A stretch of DNA of 63,349 nt, the filler included, from Moniliella sp. 'wahieum' (lineage: Eukaryota): NCBI GenBank assembly GCA_003971905.1. It is 3 parts of 3 records of this genome, joined end to end, with 100 filler letters (N's around TTAATTAATTAA, not from the genome) between each part and the next. Parts side by side here need not be neighbours in the genome. Positions count along the whole stretch, not along the records: positions 1 to 22,136 come from RSEE01000185.1; 2 more parts are not named here. One strand, given 5' to 3'. Below the pieces are notes generated by a model, which ran no database searches, was not told where the DNA came from, and saw only the letters and a list, made by a program, of their open reading frames with translations. Positions 1-11,358 of this stretch are shown here, one piece after another (position 1 is the first letter of the stretch; the number at the start of each line of letters is the position of its first letter). Both the position numbers and the translations under genes were made by a program.

Positions 1-1080
1 GAGAACTCGTGGTGGCCGCCGCAGCCAAAAGTCGATGACGTGATGTTCGATGCTTCATGATCACTTTGGGCCGGGAAGAATCACTCGTCCCAATGTGACG
101 CCACCATCATCTGGCATGCGGGTTCCTTGTTGTGGTGTCAGAGCCATCAATCAACAGAATGTAGACGTACCACTGAGCGGAGTCTTCTTTTCCGGGGAAG
201 CCCATTTCCCCTGCTCCGCCGATCCTGATCCAGAATTGTCGTTGGCATAGGGAAGCAATGTCGTGGCGCAGTCAGATCCCACGTTGGTGAGGGGCGTTTG
301 GATCTGCTGATCTTCCGTGAAAAAGACAGCATGAGTGGGGGTCTTGGAGCAGGAACTTGTCTGGTTGAATGGGCCCGGGTGGTGTCGGGATCCCATTTGA
401 AGTTGATCGTCTGCCTGGCTGTACGAACTGAGGGTCAGGGCTACTCAGCGATGGCTTCCTCGGGCCATACACAGGTACGTTCGTGACATTCAGAGGAGCG
501 TACGTCTTGTCAAACGGAACAGGGTTCCCGGCAGGACACGTGTGAATGTTTGTCAATGGCAAGGCTCCAGTGGAACTGAGATGCTAGCAGTGCAGGCATC
601 ACCGACGGGTTGGGGAAATGACCAACGAATTGGTTCAGAATGCCTAGCATGCTTGGGTACCGGCAGCGATCTGCGAAATGACGGAAGGATACGGATGAGC
701 ATCATCGTCACTGATGCCGCCCAGCAGACCCGAAACCGCATTCTCAATGATACCCTGGGTGTAAACAAAGTAATCCGGGAGGTGTTCCTCGCATGCCCAC
801 TTGTAGGTGCAAGGCTTGGGGACATCCTTATTGGAGGCCTGGAGCGTTTGGCCAGCAGGTGCGGGTTGCTGGAGTTTGCAACATCCACTTGAGCTGCGCC
901 TTGTCGTCGCAGGTCAAGCCCGCAGCCTCAAAGTGTGTTCGTCGAACTTGTCCAGCCCGTATTGGAAGAGTGCGACCTATGTCCCCAGGCGATAGCCCAA
1001 TAGTTAGCTCAATCGTACACCGCACTCTGATGGTAAAGAGAAAAGAGACATACCTGGGCATCCGCTTGGTAAACGGCCAT
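1..1080 (-). CDS. Rds1-like ferritin-like-superfamily protein; 5'-truncated, frameshifted, runs off the window start
   Basis: Stitched minus frames read MAVYQADAQ|VALFQYGLDKFDEHT-FEAAGLTCDDKAQLKW...KPCTYKW...HTCPAGNPVPFDKTYAPLNVTNVP...KTPTHAVF..IQTPL...PLSGT...ILPGPKVI. This is collinear with the fungal Rds1 family as I recall it (LALYQE..LDLFHYGL..F...FEAAGL, KQCTY, SSCP..N, GPALY). There is an intron GTATGT..GCTAAC..CATAG at about 1053-977. Confidence 0.6.
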
Positions 1081-1221
1081 TTTCTCTTGGGATCGAGATC
1101 GCTTCTTCTCTCTTTCTCTTTCTCTTCCTCCTGTAGGCCTCGCGTCCTTTGTTACACCGAATGTGCTTGCCGAGCGAGCGAACGACCGCAGCTCTTCCAC
1201 CCGGAGCGCCTGAGAGTGAGG

Positions 1222-1272
1222 TTGTCACACCTGTCACCTGGCCTGTGACATGTCACACGTCACGCGTCACAT
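1222..1272. promoter_or_regulatory. GTCAC-core ~7-bp periodic array upstream of the TPT gene (also at 15604-15654)
   Basis: ttgtcacacctgtcacctggcctgtgacatgtcacacgtcacgcgtcacatg; the same motif recurs in several other intergenic regions. Function is inferred. Confidence 0.4.
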
Positions 1273-1505
1273 GCCACCCCGCTGTTGCACCGATGCTGAC
1301 CCACGCCGGGGCAGGGCGCCAGTGCCGCGCCAGGCTCGCACCCCGCCGGTGTTCCACGTGCCCCACGCCCACACTGCCCCCCTGCGCCCGCCGACAATAC
1401 GCGCGCGGTAGGGTTGGGTGCGCCGCCACGTCGATCCTCCCATCGACCAGCGCGCCAACCCACCACCACCGCCTGCTGCCCAACGCCCCCATCAGCATCG
1501 CTCCC

Positions 1506-2603
1506 ATGGCCTCCAAGGAGTACACCTCCGTCCCCATCCAGGACACCAAGCCCGATGCTGTCCCCGCGGCCCCCGCCCCCGCAGCCACCACCCTGCCCTC
1601 CTCCCTGCCCGGCGGCGCTCCCCGCCCGCCCGAGCGCAAGCTCCACCCCGTCATCCCCATCTCCTTCTGGATCGGCTCCTCGATGACCGTCATCATCTAC
1701 AATGCGTGCGTCCCCGCCGCTTGCGCGTGCTCTTTGCGCCCCCCAACCCCGCTAACCCCTCCCCCCCCCCGCCTCTGCAGATACATCCTCAAGAAGGACG
1801 GCCTCAACTTTGGCTACCCCATCTTCCTCACCACCTTCCACATGGCCTTTGCCGCCCTCGGCACCCGTGTCCTTGCCCGCTACACCCACCTCATGGACGG
1901 TCTCCACAACGTCGAGATGACCCGCGAGCGCTGGATCCGCAACATCCTCCCCATCGGCGCCCTCTTCGCCGCCTCGCTCATCTTTAGCAACTACGCCTAC
2001 CTCTACCTCAGCGTGTCCTACATCCAGATGGTCAAGGCCTTCACCCCCGTTGCTGTCCTGCTCATGTCCATTGCATTTGGTCTCAAGGCAGCCAACGCGA
2101 CCCAGCTTGGGATTGTGTTTGGCATCTCGTGCGGTGTGGCCATTGCGTCCTATGGCGAAGCCAAGTTCGACCTATTTGGCTTTGTGCTGCAGGCCGTCGC
2201 GATCCTATTCGAGTCGACGCGTCTGGTCATGATCCAGGTACTGCTGCAAGGTCTCAAGATGGACCCGCTCGTGTCGGTGTACTACTTTGCCCCTGTGTGC
2301 GCGGCGATGCTGGCTGTCGTACTTCCCTTTGTCGAGGGCTGGGCTCCCTTTGCCCACCTGGGCGATGTAGGTCCCATGGTCCTGCTCAGCAACGCATCTT
2401 GCGCATTTGCCCTCAACTTGGCCCTCGTCTTCCTCATTGGCGCTGCGTCCTCCCTCGTGCTCACCCTGGCTGGCGTGGTGAAGGATATCTTGCTCATCGT
2501 CGGATCCATGGTCATCCTCAACTCGGTTGTCACCGGCACCCAAATGTTCGGCTACAGCATTGCCCTCGCTGGCTTGGTCGCATTCAAGCTCTACAAGGCG
2601 TAA
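1506..2603 (+). CDS. Triose-phosphate/nucleotide-sugar transporter family (TPT/SLC35-like), copy 1
   Basis: ATG at 1506 (MASKEYTSVP). In-frame 75-nt intron 1706-1780 (GTGCGT..GCTAAC..GCAG). Motifs SLIFSNYAYLYLSVSYIQMVKAFTPVAVL, KMDPLVSVYYFAPVC and SSLVLTLAGVVKDILL; about 10 hydrophobic segments. Confidence 0.9.
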   Translation: MASKEYTSVPIQDTKPDAVPAAPAPAATTLPSSLPGGAPRPPERKLHPVIPISFWIGSSMTVIIYNACVPAACACSLRPPTPLTPPPPRLCRYILKKDGLNFGYPIFLTTFHMAFAALGTRVLARYTHLMDGLHNVEMTRERWIRNILPIGALFAASLIFSNYAYLYLSVSYIQMVKAFTPVAVLLMSIAFGLKAANATQLGIVFGISCGVAIASYGEAKFDLFGFVLQAVAILFESTRLVMIQVLLQGLKMDPLVSVYYFAPVCAAMLAVVLPFVEGWAPFAHLGDVGPMVLLSNASCAFALNLALVFLIGAASSLVLTLAGVVKDILLIVGSMVILNSVVTGTQMFGYSIALAGLVAFKLYKA

Positions 2604-2749
2604 CGGGAACGGAATGCACTGCGTACAACTGAACTGGCTTCCCACCTCTCCTCTCCTTCTTCTCCTTCTCCTTGTCCTTTTTCCTCCTAGCAACTTGGCC
2701 CTCCAGGCGCACGAAAATCGCTAAACGTAACCGTGGGTGGGCGATTTCG

Positions 2750-2838
2750 GTGTCACATGTCACTAGTCACTAGTCACTGGTCACTAATGACTGGCCTGGT
2801 TCCCGGTTACCGTTACGCGTTACCGATTACCGGTTAAC
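2750..2838. repeat. Heptamer-periodic arrays: (GTCACNN)n followed by (GTTACC/GTTACG)n (also at 17130-17218)
   Basis: gtgtcacatgtcactagtcactagtcactggtcactaatgac...ggttaccgttacgcgttaccgattaccggttaac. Confidence 0.75.
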
Positions 2839-4252
2839 AATGTGGGGGACAGGGTCCAGGACACCCACCACCCTACTACACACCGTACTCCCCCGTCCCT
2901 ATTCTGTCGCTTTTCTTTGTGCTAGCTCCTTCCCCCACACCCGACTCTATACATCTCCGTCTCCCCCTCCCCCCCACTCTATATTCTGGCGTTTTATTCC
3001 GGTCGCGAAAGGATTCGTTTTGGAGAGAAATCATTACTCAGTGGGATTTCGGAGGTGGGCTTGGGAAATTTGGACGCCGCCAATATTCAATGCCGCCAGG
3101 AAATGCGCAACAAGTCTCATCGTGCTGGGCTCAAGCTTGGGCGCCCCTTGTCAACCAGTGGAAAGGGGCCTGGAGGGGCTAGTGGTTGAACTTGGGGCAA
3201 CCATTGTCGGCAAGAGGCAAAGTGCGTCATACGTGTTTTACTTGGGATCGCGCGTAATTCTCTCACCTCCGGCCTCGCTTGCATTGATTGTGGATTGAAG
3301 CTTGAAGGGAGCACCCACCCACCTTCAGTGCTAAGGACTGCTTGAACCACAATTCTCGCATTCCAATTCCCCTCTTCAGTCTTTAGCGAGTAGTCAATGG
3401 ACCGGTGGGTCTCGACGTATGGCTTGTTTGGGCCTTAGAACAAGGCACTCTCCGTCAGGCCCCGTCTACCGGACACCCAAGCAGCCATCGGCCATTTCAT
3501 TCGTCATGCGTCACGGCGACCACAGGAAAATTCGATTCCAAGTGAATCGAAGTGCGGAAAGAGGTGTGTTCAGGCCTAAGGTCTCCTCTTAGCTCGTCTC
3601 ATGCAGTTCCAGTCTTCGACCCAATACCAGCTCCAACCGACGCCAGACGCTGTCATTTTCCTCCTCGACATAATCCTCTTCGTCTACGTCTACTTCGCAT
3701 CTTAGTATGAAGGCAATAAATCACTGCCCAACCTGGTGGGTACGCACTTTTCCGCATCATCAGCTAGGGGCCCCTTCTGACCAACGCCAACAAACCTACT
3801 ATCATCTGTCTTCTGCCCACTCTATTACGTCAAATGTCGTACGAATTCAACGGCGTGCCGTCGAAAGAGAAAGAGGTTGGTACCGAAGACAGTGGCGTCA
3901 TAACGCGTCATATGCACAGTCCCGAAGAAAACGGGGGTAGAGGGGATGATGTACTGATAGGTACAAACCCTTAATTCGGGGGTTCGTTTCTCTTTCATGG
4001 ATCAATCAATGTCCGATTTTAGTCCCAAAAAGCAAAACGTGGTCGACACAAAGTAAAGTGTGACGAAGAGAAAAAAGGAAAAAGGAAAACAGGGCAGATA
4101 GGGGTGGGGGTGGGCAACTGTTGGTGCCGGGGCGTAATTTAATGGGCAGACGGAGGGAAAGAAAAAAAACAATCGAAAAAAGTGGGGGGGGGTTTCTCCA
4201 CCGTTGCCCAGATCCGTCGGTTGCTTGTCCGGCTGGATTTGCAAGGGGACAA

Positions 4253-7034
4253 CTAGGTCGAAGAGGTGGGAGGCGCGTTCCTGTGGGGAAACAACGTATC
4301 GTTCCAGACCAGAACTTTTTCCATGGTATCGCCGTAGTCGTTCAGGGGCCCAAGTTTGTCCAGGTGATGATGGAAGCGGGGATGTTAATATAATTTTTAA
4401 AGCGGGATTTGGTGCCATCTGTACCATACTCCATAGCCGCTATGATGGCTGTACAAAGCGAACTTCCAACAGAAGCGGCGGCAGAGAGAATGTAATTCAT
4501 CCTGTTGACAACCAATCCAGAGATTTTGTTAGTGAAGAGAGTTAGCCACATTCATCCCTGGAACAATACAAAGGGAAGATAGAATAGTGGACGTACGCAA
4601 TCCAATAATTCAACTGCCGACGACGGGAGAACAGTAGGTGAGTGAGAGCCCCCCAGAAAAACCAAGAGGTCCAGCTAATCGCTGCAAAAAGTGCGAATTG
4701 CGATATACCACCAAAGAAAAGCGGCCAATGGATCGAGCGGAGGTGAGCAACATGATTCAACTCCGGCGAAATCCGTACGGCAAGGTACAAGAGCAGGGGC
4801 GCGACTGCACCAATAAGGAAGAAGTACAGAGTCCATTGGTAGTGGTGCAGGAACCCGTTCTTCTGAGGCCCGACACCAGTCCAATACATGGGATCGTACA
4901 ACCCTTCAATCCGCAGTTCGGCTTCTTTGCTGAATTTCAGCTTATCGGAACTCCACCCAATCCAGATTCCACTTTGCAATACCGAGCAGACCAATTGTGT
5001 TCCCACCAGTACAAAAAAGCTGATCCGTGGCGGGATCTTAAAGTAGACAGCCAGTTTGGAGCAGCCACAGTAGAGCATGGCTTGTTGGATGGTGCCCGTG
5101 CAGCATAGCTGAAAGATCGGAAGGATGGTCGTGTGACCAGGCAGCGCAGCACCAGCAATCAAAGTCGCCATGTGCTCGACACACTTCAATTCAACCGAAG
5201 TGCGGCCCGCCACAATGCCCACTGGCACAATGAAGATTGCAGCCAGCGCCAGGGCAAGCACAATCGCCCAAACCGGTACCGAGGTGTGGTACACGTGCAC
5301 CATGGGGATGGCAAAGGCAAAGGCAACCAGAAGCAAACACAGGTACCACCAGATGGGAACAGCCGGGTAGCCAGCGAGTTGGCTGGCGTGGGGGTCAGGC
5401 GAATCAGCCACTTTGGATACTTTCCACCAGCGGCGGAGGTCACCGCCATGGAAAAGCGGAGTGTGCACGAGCAAGGCGGTACATGCGGCATAGGAGAACG
5501 CCCAAGTGATGACGATTGAGGCGGAAAAGTATCCCTGGGGTGGGTCGGGTGACTCAAATTGGGGAGGATCTAGATACATGTCTTGGGGCAAGGGGTTGAA
5601 ATACATGTTGGTGGTGTTGAGCGGTGGGTACCAAATCACGTCGATAAGGCCATAAGGAATGCAGGCTGCTAGGTTCTTGTTGGTGAAAAAGATCGGAACG
5701 GCAATGACCCACATGGCAACGACGAAACGACGAACAAAATACGTTGACCAGCGCGCCCCGCGGTACAATCAAGGGTGAACTCAAAGCTGCGATCACTAAA
5801 TTCCAGTCCAGGCACCAAAAAGACCCGCTCATGCCACCCTTTCCATCAAACAATAGATTGACCCCAAAGCTGGACGGAGAAATCCACGTCGGCCACTCGA
5901 ATCTTGCCAGAGGCGGATAGAGGAATAGCGGGATCCAGTGCCACACGAAAATGACCGTCGCCACAATCCAGAAAACGAGGCGACGGTTCCAGTTGCCACG
6001 CCGAACCCCGTGTAACGCCGTCAACATTGCACTGGTCTGAAGTTGCTGCGGGTATATGAGCTTACCAGGCCAAATGAGAAGACGTGTGGCAAGACCTGCC
6101 AAGGCAAATCCAAAGAATGGGGTCGAGAGGTAAATTAGAAAAAGGAAGCCGGGGGGAATGTGTAAGGTCTTTCTGGGTCACCAGCATTTGTGGCTGCAAA
6201 CATTCCAGCCAAGTATTGCAAGGTTAAGTTGGGGCCCATGGCGACCGCAGCGACGATGGTGCAGATCCTGCGCGACACAATCACATGTGTCAGCCACAGA
6301 GCTCTCCTTTTTTAGAACTTCAACGTCTCGGAAGATGGAACGCACGTATGTTCCTTGAGATTGAAAGGGCCCGGGTTGATGAACCAAGCCATGGGCCAGT
6401 GGGATGGGTACGGTATTTTCGATAGCGCGAAACCCAAACAGTAGGTGAATGGCTGTACCAACACCGCACTTGTAGACACAAAGATCTGTGGGTCGGCATC
6501 GGTTCCTCTGGTTTCCAAAGCCACGAGGGCGGTCGTGAGGCCGAGGGCCAGGATAATGGAAAGCAGCCAGGTGCGGATCGTGTTGAATGGCATATCTGGG
6601 TCGTCTTCATTAGGCACGACGGCACGCACACGCACATCAGCCAAGTCCCGGACATTCTCTTCGTCTGTGTCGGTTTCATCTCCATTGTTCGCGCCTTCAC
6701 CCCATTGGTCCGGTTCCCGTTTTTCGTTCGTCGCGGGTTGATTCCCAAAGGGTTCATCATGTGGACTCAGCAGCGGATCGTCGTGATAGAGCGCGTTTTC
6801 CAAGAGCCACGCTGTTTCCATCTCATTCTCGTTGTCGTTTTCGCCTGTGGTTGTGAACGATGGCGCGGTAGTCTTATTGTACGTCCCTTTGGTTGTTGAC
6901 GTTATGCTTTCAGTTGTGAGAGACTCAAACGAGTCGATGGAATCCAGCTTTGACGGAAAGCCCGAGTCATTGGAAAGTGGGCGGGTCCGTTCCTCATCCA
7001 CTTCAGTGGGCCCGCTCGAGCGAGGAGTCGACAT
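4253..7034 (-). CDS. OPT family oligopeptide transporter, copy 1 (indel frameshifts)
   Basis: VRAVVPNEDDPDMPFNTIRTW, INPGPFNLKEHT|ICTI (intron 6345-6268), LIWPGKLIYP, LDWN, DPHASQLAGYPAVPIWWY, YFKIPPR, NYILSAA. A second intron lies at about 4596-4503. The C-terminus is uncertain (stop at 4342 or 4253). Confidence 0.9.
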
Positions 7035-7754
7035 GATGTCTAGCCTTTTCTTTTTCTTGTGGTGTGGTGTTAGTGCTCGGTGTTATTGTTGTTGGTGGAG
7101 GGGCGCCTGGGCTGGGCAGTGGGTGGGGGAAAGAGGGAGGAAGGCAAGTGCTGGACGGGTGTTTTATACCCCGTCCGCCCAGTGCCCACCGGCCACTGGC
7201 CAACCACCAGGCCACGCAAGCGGGTGGGCAGCAGGCACCCACTAATCAGCCCACACTGCCTGCACAGTGCCTGTACCCACAGCACTAGGGTTGTGGGCAC
7301 GTCCACCCACCTTATGTAATTGTGCACCCACCCCGCGGAGATTAACTCTACGTGCGAGACAAAATTCTAGTTGGTTCAGTCGGTCCGCAATGGCAGCAAG
7401 TGTCCTACCGGTGGATCTTGCTTGACTGAGGCTCTTCCTCTCTGGTCTCGGCCTGCTCGCCCCATCCACCCCCACTTGCGCCACGGCCCCTGCTAACAGT
7501 GCCTCCCCACCTCCTTTCCAACACATACATCCCGCGTGTGTGTGTTTGCACGCAAGAAGCCCCCCAACGATCAGTGCCAGGCCGGCTTTGCTATCCTCTG
7601 CCACACACGTCTCTTTCTCCTCACTAGTCACTTGCTCTCCACAACCAACAAACGCCTGCGTGCGGTCCAGTGTGCCATTCATTGCATCCGCACCCTGAGC
7701 ATCGGGCGGGGATTCCCATAGAATATGCCGCGTAGTACGAACAGCACCTTTACT

Positions 7755-9056
7755 TTACTTCTTGGCCTCGGCCGCAGCCGCCCGGGCCGCGCGCTTGTCC
7801 AACTTCTTAAACACATACTCGTACTCTGCCACGCCCGTCACACGCACCTTGTTCTGGGTCAAGGCGAGTGCGGCGTGCTCGAGCCAAGCAGGGTCCTTCA
7901 TCATCCCGCGCCCAACAAAGATCAGTTGAGCTTGCTTCTTCTCCAACACTTGTTCTGCCACGTCGCCCGGGAACGCGCCGCCTTCCAACAAGCCCACGCT
8001 GCCCACGACGAGTTTGTCCGCCTTGCCCGTTTCGGCGAGCTTCTTGCTTGCCGCCTCGGCCAAGTACGCCTGGTAGCCCGGGCCAGAAGCAAAGGAGTAA
8101 ACGGGCAACTTTTGGCGCGGGGTGTTACCGCCAGCTGACACGTCCATTACGTCTACCCCTGCATCCGCGAGGATCGGCGCGAGCGCCGCGGAATCTTCTG
8201 ATGTCCAGGACGCTTCGTCCAGCTCCTCGGCATAGTCTGTACCGTTAACGCGGACCCAGACGCTCTTGGTCGGGTACTTGGTCCGGATCTCCGTGACAAT
8301 CTCCAACAGGAGCCGAATACGGTTTTCGTAGCTGCCGCCGTACTGGTCGGTACGCTTGTTGCTCAAGGGAGAAAGGAAGGAGGAGAGAAGGTACCCATGA
8401 GCCGAGTGGACTTCAATAAAGTCGTATCCCGCTGCGAACGCGCGGTCAGCTGCGTCGAGCCAAGCTTGCTTCACCTCTGCCACACCTTGCAGCGACAGCG
8501 GCTTGGGCTGAATCCAGTCGGGTGCATAGGCCACATCGGAAGGGCCTACCACATTATCTTCCCACCCGCCTTCGGCGTTGGTAGGGTACACACTGTTGGA
8601 CGTGGGCCCTGCCCAGGTAGGTGCCCAGCAGCTGGCTTTCCGACCGGCATGGGCCAACTGCACACCGACCGTGACAGAAGGCGAAAGTTGCTTGAGCGTG
8701 CGGACCAAACTCGCATGACCCTCCACATGCTCGTCCTTCCACAGGCCTAGATCTTGCGGCGAAATGCGGCCGCGGGCCTCGACAGCAGTCGCCTCGACCA
8801 CGATAGCGCCCACACCATGCACGGCAAAGGACCCGAGGTGGACCAGCTGCCACGGCGAGACAAAGCCGTCGGAACCAGAGTACATGCACAGCGGGGCGAC
8901 GACGCTACGGTTGCGCAGGGTCAAGCCCGAGTGCGGAAGCTGGATCGGACGCAGGAGCAACGGCGCTTGCTCCGGCTGCTCCTGCACCGTGCCGGGCACA
9001 GGATGGCCGGCGTACGACAGGCCAAAGTCAGAGTTCTTGATGGCGATCGAGGACAT
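7755..9056 (-). CDS. NADH:flavin oxidoreductase / old yellow enzyme (YqjM-type)
   Basis: Intact ORF from MSSIAIKN. Motifs LRNRSVVAPLCMYS, VEATAVEARGRISPQDLGLW, QLAHAGRKAS, EVHSAHGYLLSSFLSPLSNKRTDQYGGSYENRIR, PGYQ. Confidence 0.95.
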   Translation of the reverse strand: MSSIAIKNSDFGLSYAGHPVPGTVQEQPEQAPLLLRPIQLPHSGLTLRNRSVVAPLCMYSGSDGFVSPWQLVHLGSFAVHGVGAIVVEATAVEARGRISPQDLGLWKDEHVEGHASLVRTLKQLSPSVTVGVQLAHAGRKASCWAPTWAGPTSNSVYPTNAEGGWEDNVVGPSDVAYAPDWIQPKPLSLQGVAEVKQAWLDAADRAFAAGYDFIEVHSAHGYLLSSFLSPLSNKRTDQYGGSYENRIRLLLEIVTEIRTKYPTKSVWVRVNGTDYAEELDEASWTSEDSAALAPILADAGVDVMDVSAGGNTPRQKLPVYSFASGPGYQAYLAEAASKKLAETGKADKLVVGSVGLLEGGAFPGDVAEQVLEKKQAQLIFVGRGMMKDPAWLEHAALALTQNKVRVTGVAEYEYVFKKLDKRAARAAAAEAKK

Positions 9057-10487
9057 GAGGTGGAGGTGCACTAGGGGCGGTAGTTGGAAGGGAGGAGGAG
9101 CGGGGAAGCAGGCAGGTGGGATGGGCGTATGAACGTTCGAATGCTGAGCAAAGAGGAACGTGGACCTTAAGTACCGCCGGGAGCGGTTGTGGCTGGCAGG
9201 GGGATGAGTTCGGCGGTTCGGCGGTTGGCGGATGTAAGCGCGGCCTACAATCAATCCTAGCGCACAATTCAGCCATTACGCCATTGCGAACGACGCCCCC
9301 TCCCGGCGGCTCACGCGCCCACGGGCGAAAGACGGGCGTTGGCGGGGTGTCGGTGAGGTCATCGACGATGTCACCTGTCACATGTCACACACCATCATAC
9401 ATCACTTCGATTTCAAGCTTGACTTGAAGCTTCAGCTTCAGCCCAGCATGATGTCGGAGCCAGCTGTAGGCATGTCAGCAACCACCTCGTGTGCTGCGTA
9501 CACGTCACATGTCACATGTCACACCCAGTGTATTCGGTTTGAGGCCAACGGTGTTAGCAGTTTGCCCTGCACTCCACCCTCTGATCTCGAAGAGGCTGGT
9601 TGGCGAACACAATGGCTATATACTCCACGGAGTTTAGCAGCAGCAAATCCATTTCCCCTGCTATGACATGTGACTGCGCCGCCTGGGCCTATCGCCGCGC
9701 GGTTGTTACATGGTACTAATACTCAGGACGGTGCGGAGGTGTTGAACTTGAAAGGGGAGAAATGAGATGTGAGCACGTTCAATTGAACGTCGAGGTCGCC
9801 TGCATGCCGTGCTTAGGGTGCTCTGAGGCCTCACAGTCTTCCTGTCACACTCGGGGCTAAGCCGGGGGGGCCAGAGTCGAAACGAGAGTCGAGACGGGCT
9901 AGTCCAAGGGATACAGCAATCGTCTTCTGCCTGCCTCGCCAAGGTGGGACGGTAGGTCCTGAACCTCAGGACGCAGACCTGAATCGAGCGGGCTGGAAGC
10001 AGGGGCAGGGGTGAGTATCTTAATGAGTGAAATGAGATGCGTGAAATGTCTCTGCGCCGAGGCCGTGGCGCGCATTCTACAGTTGAGAGTAAGTCAGCCT
10101 TGTGCTGCAAACCTGGACATCGCACACGAGTGGTGAGTATGTCCAAAATGTATCCTGAACCGCTATCTGGCTGGGTGCAGTGTTGCCTCTCGGGGTAGTG
10201 CGGCGGGCAAGGGGGGGTGGCGAAAACGAGACGCATGGCGTGCAGCCGCCAAGCAATTCCAACGATGAACGATGAATGATCCACGATGGACGTTGAACGA
10301 TAGGTCGAGTTGTGCGACAAGATCGGTGGGGGGGGGGCGATCGATTGGGGGTAAATTGGATCTCTGTTTGAGAGACCAAAGGAGAACTATGTACCTTGGC
10401 TATACAAGAACGTCAAGCTTCAAGTTCAGAGGGCAGGGCAGGGCGCAGCAGGACAGGGCAGGGGGAGAAGAGATGTGCATGGTCATA

Positions 10488-11117
10488 TTACTTTTTAGCC
10501 TTTTTTGAGGAGAACAAAGCCTCCGTCCTAGCCTTTTGGATTTCCCTTGCCAAACGGGAAGCTTCACCAGTAGCTTCAGCAAAGATTTCCGCGTCGCGCT
10601 GTGCCTCGAGACGAGCACGTTGATGGTCCTGCTCGATCTTCTCGATCAAACTCGAAGCTTCCTTCAGACGGCCGGCCAACTTAAGTCGGTCCGCACGCAG
10701 CTGCGTCCGCTCATTCCGCACACGCATGGCTACTCGTAACTGTTCCTGCTCCAACGCCGTCATGTCCATCTTGAGTTGTCGCCGGTGCGCTTCCCGCTCC
10801 GCGGCGGTACCGACAAAGTCGTAGAACCGGAATACTTGCGCGCCGATAACGGGCGGCACTGTACCGCCTGGATCCGGTCACCAATCTGCAGCTCGTTGAG
10901 CTCGTCGTGCACGAGAAACTTTTTGGTGACCGTGTGTTGCTGTGAGGGAAGGAGGGAGGGGTGAGCATGCCAGACGTGCAACGGAACCAAGGGGAGGAGG
11001 GAGGGGCAGACGGACCTTGGCGTAGAGGTGGTGGAGCATGGTGCGCTCGACGGTCAGGGTGACCGTCTTGTCCATGAAGCCTGCGCGGGTGACGAAGCCT
11101 TCGAGGATCTGGGGCAT
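10488..11117 (-). CDS. MRPS17: Mitochondrial ribosomal protein uS17m with coiled-coil C-terminal extension
   Basis: [23 protein letters not shown]...[41 protein letters not shown] is the S17 signature. Intron 11015-10940; one frameshift near 10830. Confidence 0.85.
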
Positions 11118-11358
11118 GCTGGGCAGAGCGGCTGAGGCGGGCCGATGGTCGTCCCGCCCAGCCGGGCGGCTGCGGCGGCCGCCTGCAAGAAGGTGGGCGC
11201 CGGGCGGAATGATCGACTAGTGTATCAGTCCCAGCCCACGCCCATTCCGCTGTAGGTTGTTTAATTATTAGACAGCGCAACCCAGTGCAAAGAAAGTACC
11301 AGTAGCAGCACAAAGTGTCTCCTCCTCCTCTTCCTCCTCCTTCTCCTCCTCGCCGGCG

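Noticed and set aside
2840..4000. Short ORFs between the TPT and OPT genes, including an acidic minus-strand peptide (EVDVDEEDYVEEEND)
   Set aside because: No recognisable domain, frequent stops and no supportable gene model.
9706..10320. 204-aa minus ORF as the missing 5' half of the Rds1-like gene
   Set aside because: No signal peptide or Rds1-like motifs were visible; probably non-coding.
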